A stretch of DNA of 64,000 bases. Origin: Eledone cirrhosa. Its lineage: Eukaryota. The notes beneath the pieces were generated by a model, which made no database searches, was not told the DNA's origin, and saw only the letters and a list, made by a program, of their open reading frames with translations. A program made the translations under genes and the position numbers. Shown one piece after another: positions 63,945 through 64,000 of this stretch (its first letter is position 1; every line of letters starts with the position of its first letter). The stretch is taken from contig OZ024750.1 of the NCBI GenBank assembly GCA_964016885.1, forward strand, positions 14,384,001-14,448,000, written 5' to 3'.

Positions 63945-64000
63945 ATAATTGTTTCTACTTTAGGCACAAGGCCAGCAATTACCCAGTGCATTACTGGTAC
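63945..64000 (-). mobile_element. SINE 3' end (45478 family), cut by the window edge
   Basis: ataattgtttctact...ggcacaaggccagcaattacccagt. Confidence 0.8.

Overview
AT-rich, intron- and repeat-rich animal DNA, most likely an octopus or other coleoid cephalopod (inferred from the SINE/RTE families; not verified). There are two minus-strand spliced genes. RAB3IP/Rabin8 (Sec2-domain Rab GEF) has 10 well-supported exons at 2370-12962 and a candidate 18-nt first coding exon at 36707-36724. CRYL1 (lambda-crystallin/L-gulonate 3-dehydrogenase) has 5 exons at 58079-61703; its first exon was not located. The rest is mobile and repetitive DNA: two 5'-truncated RTE-clade LINEs with open RT ORFs that carry an in-frame PHD-type C4HC3 finger, several tRNA-headed SINE families (one sharing its tail with the RTE), CR1 3' ends, piggyBac- and mariner-type MITEs, a probable Helitron, a ~7 kb 51/55-bp satellite and many mini/microsatellites. 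The least expected signal is a set of type I hammerhead-ribozyme motifs (40601-40671 +, 23275-23343 -, and a 3' half at 20150-20198), each in a short cassette between (TA)n tracts, suggesting a Penelope-like or retrozyme-type family. Exon boundaries were read by hand from splice sites; repeat boundaries are approximate. No database searches were run.
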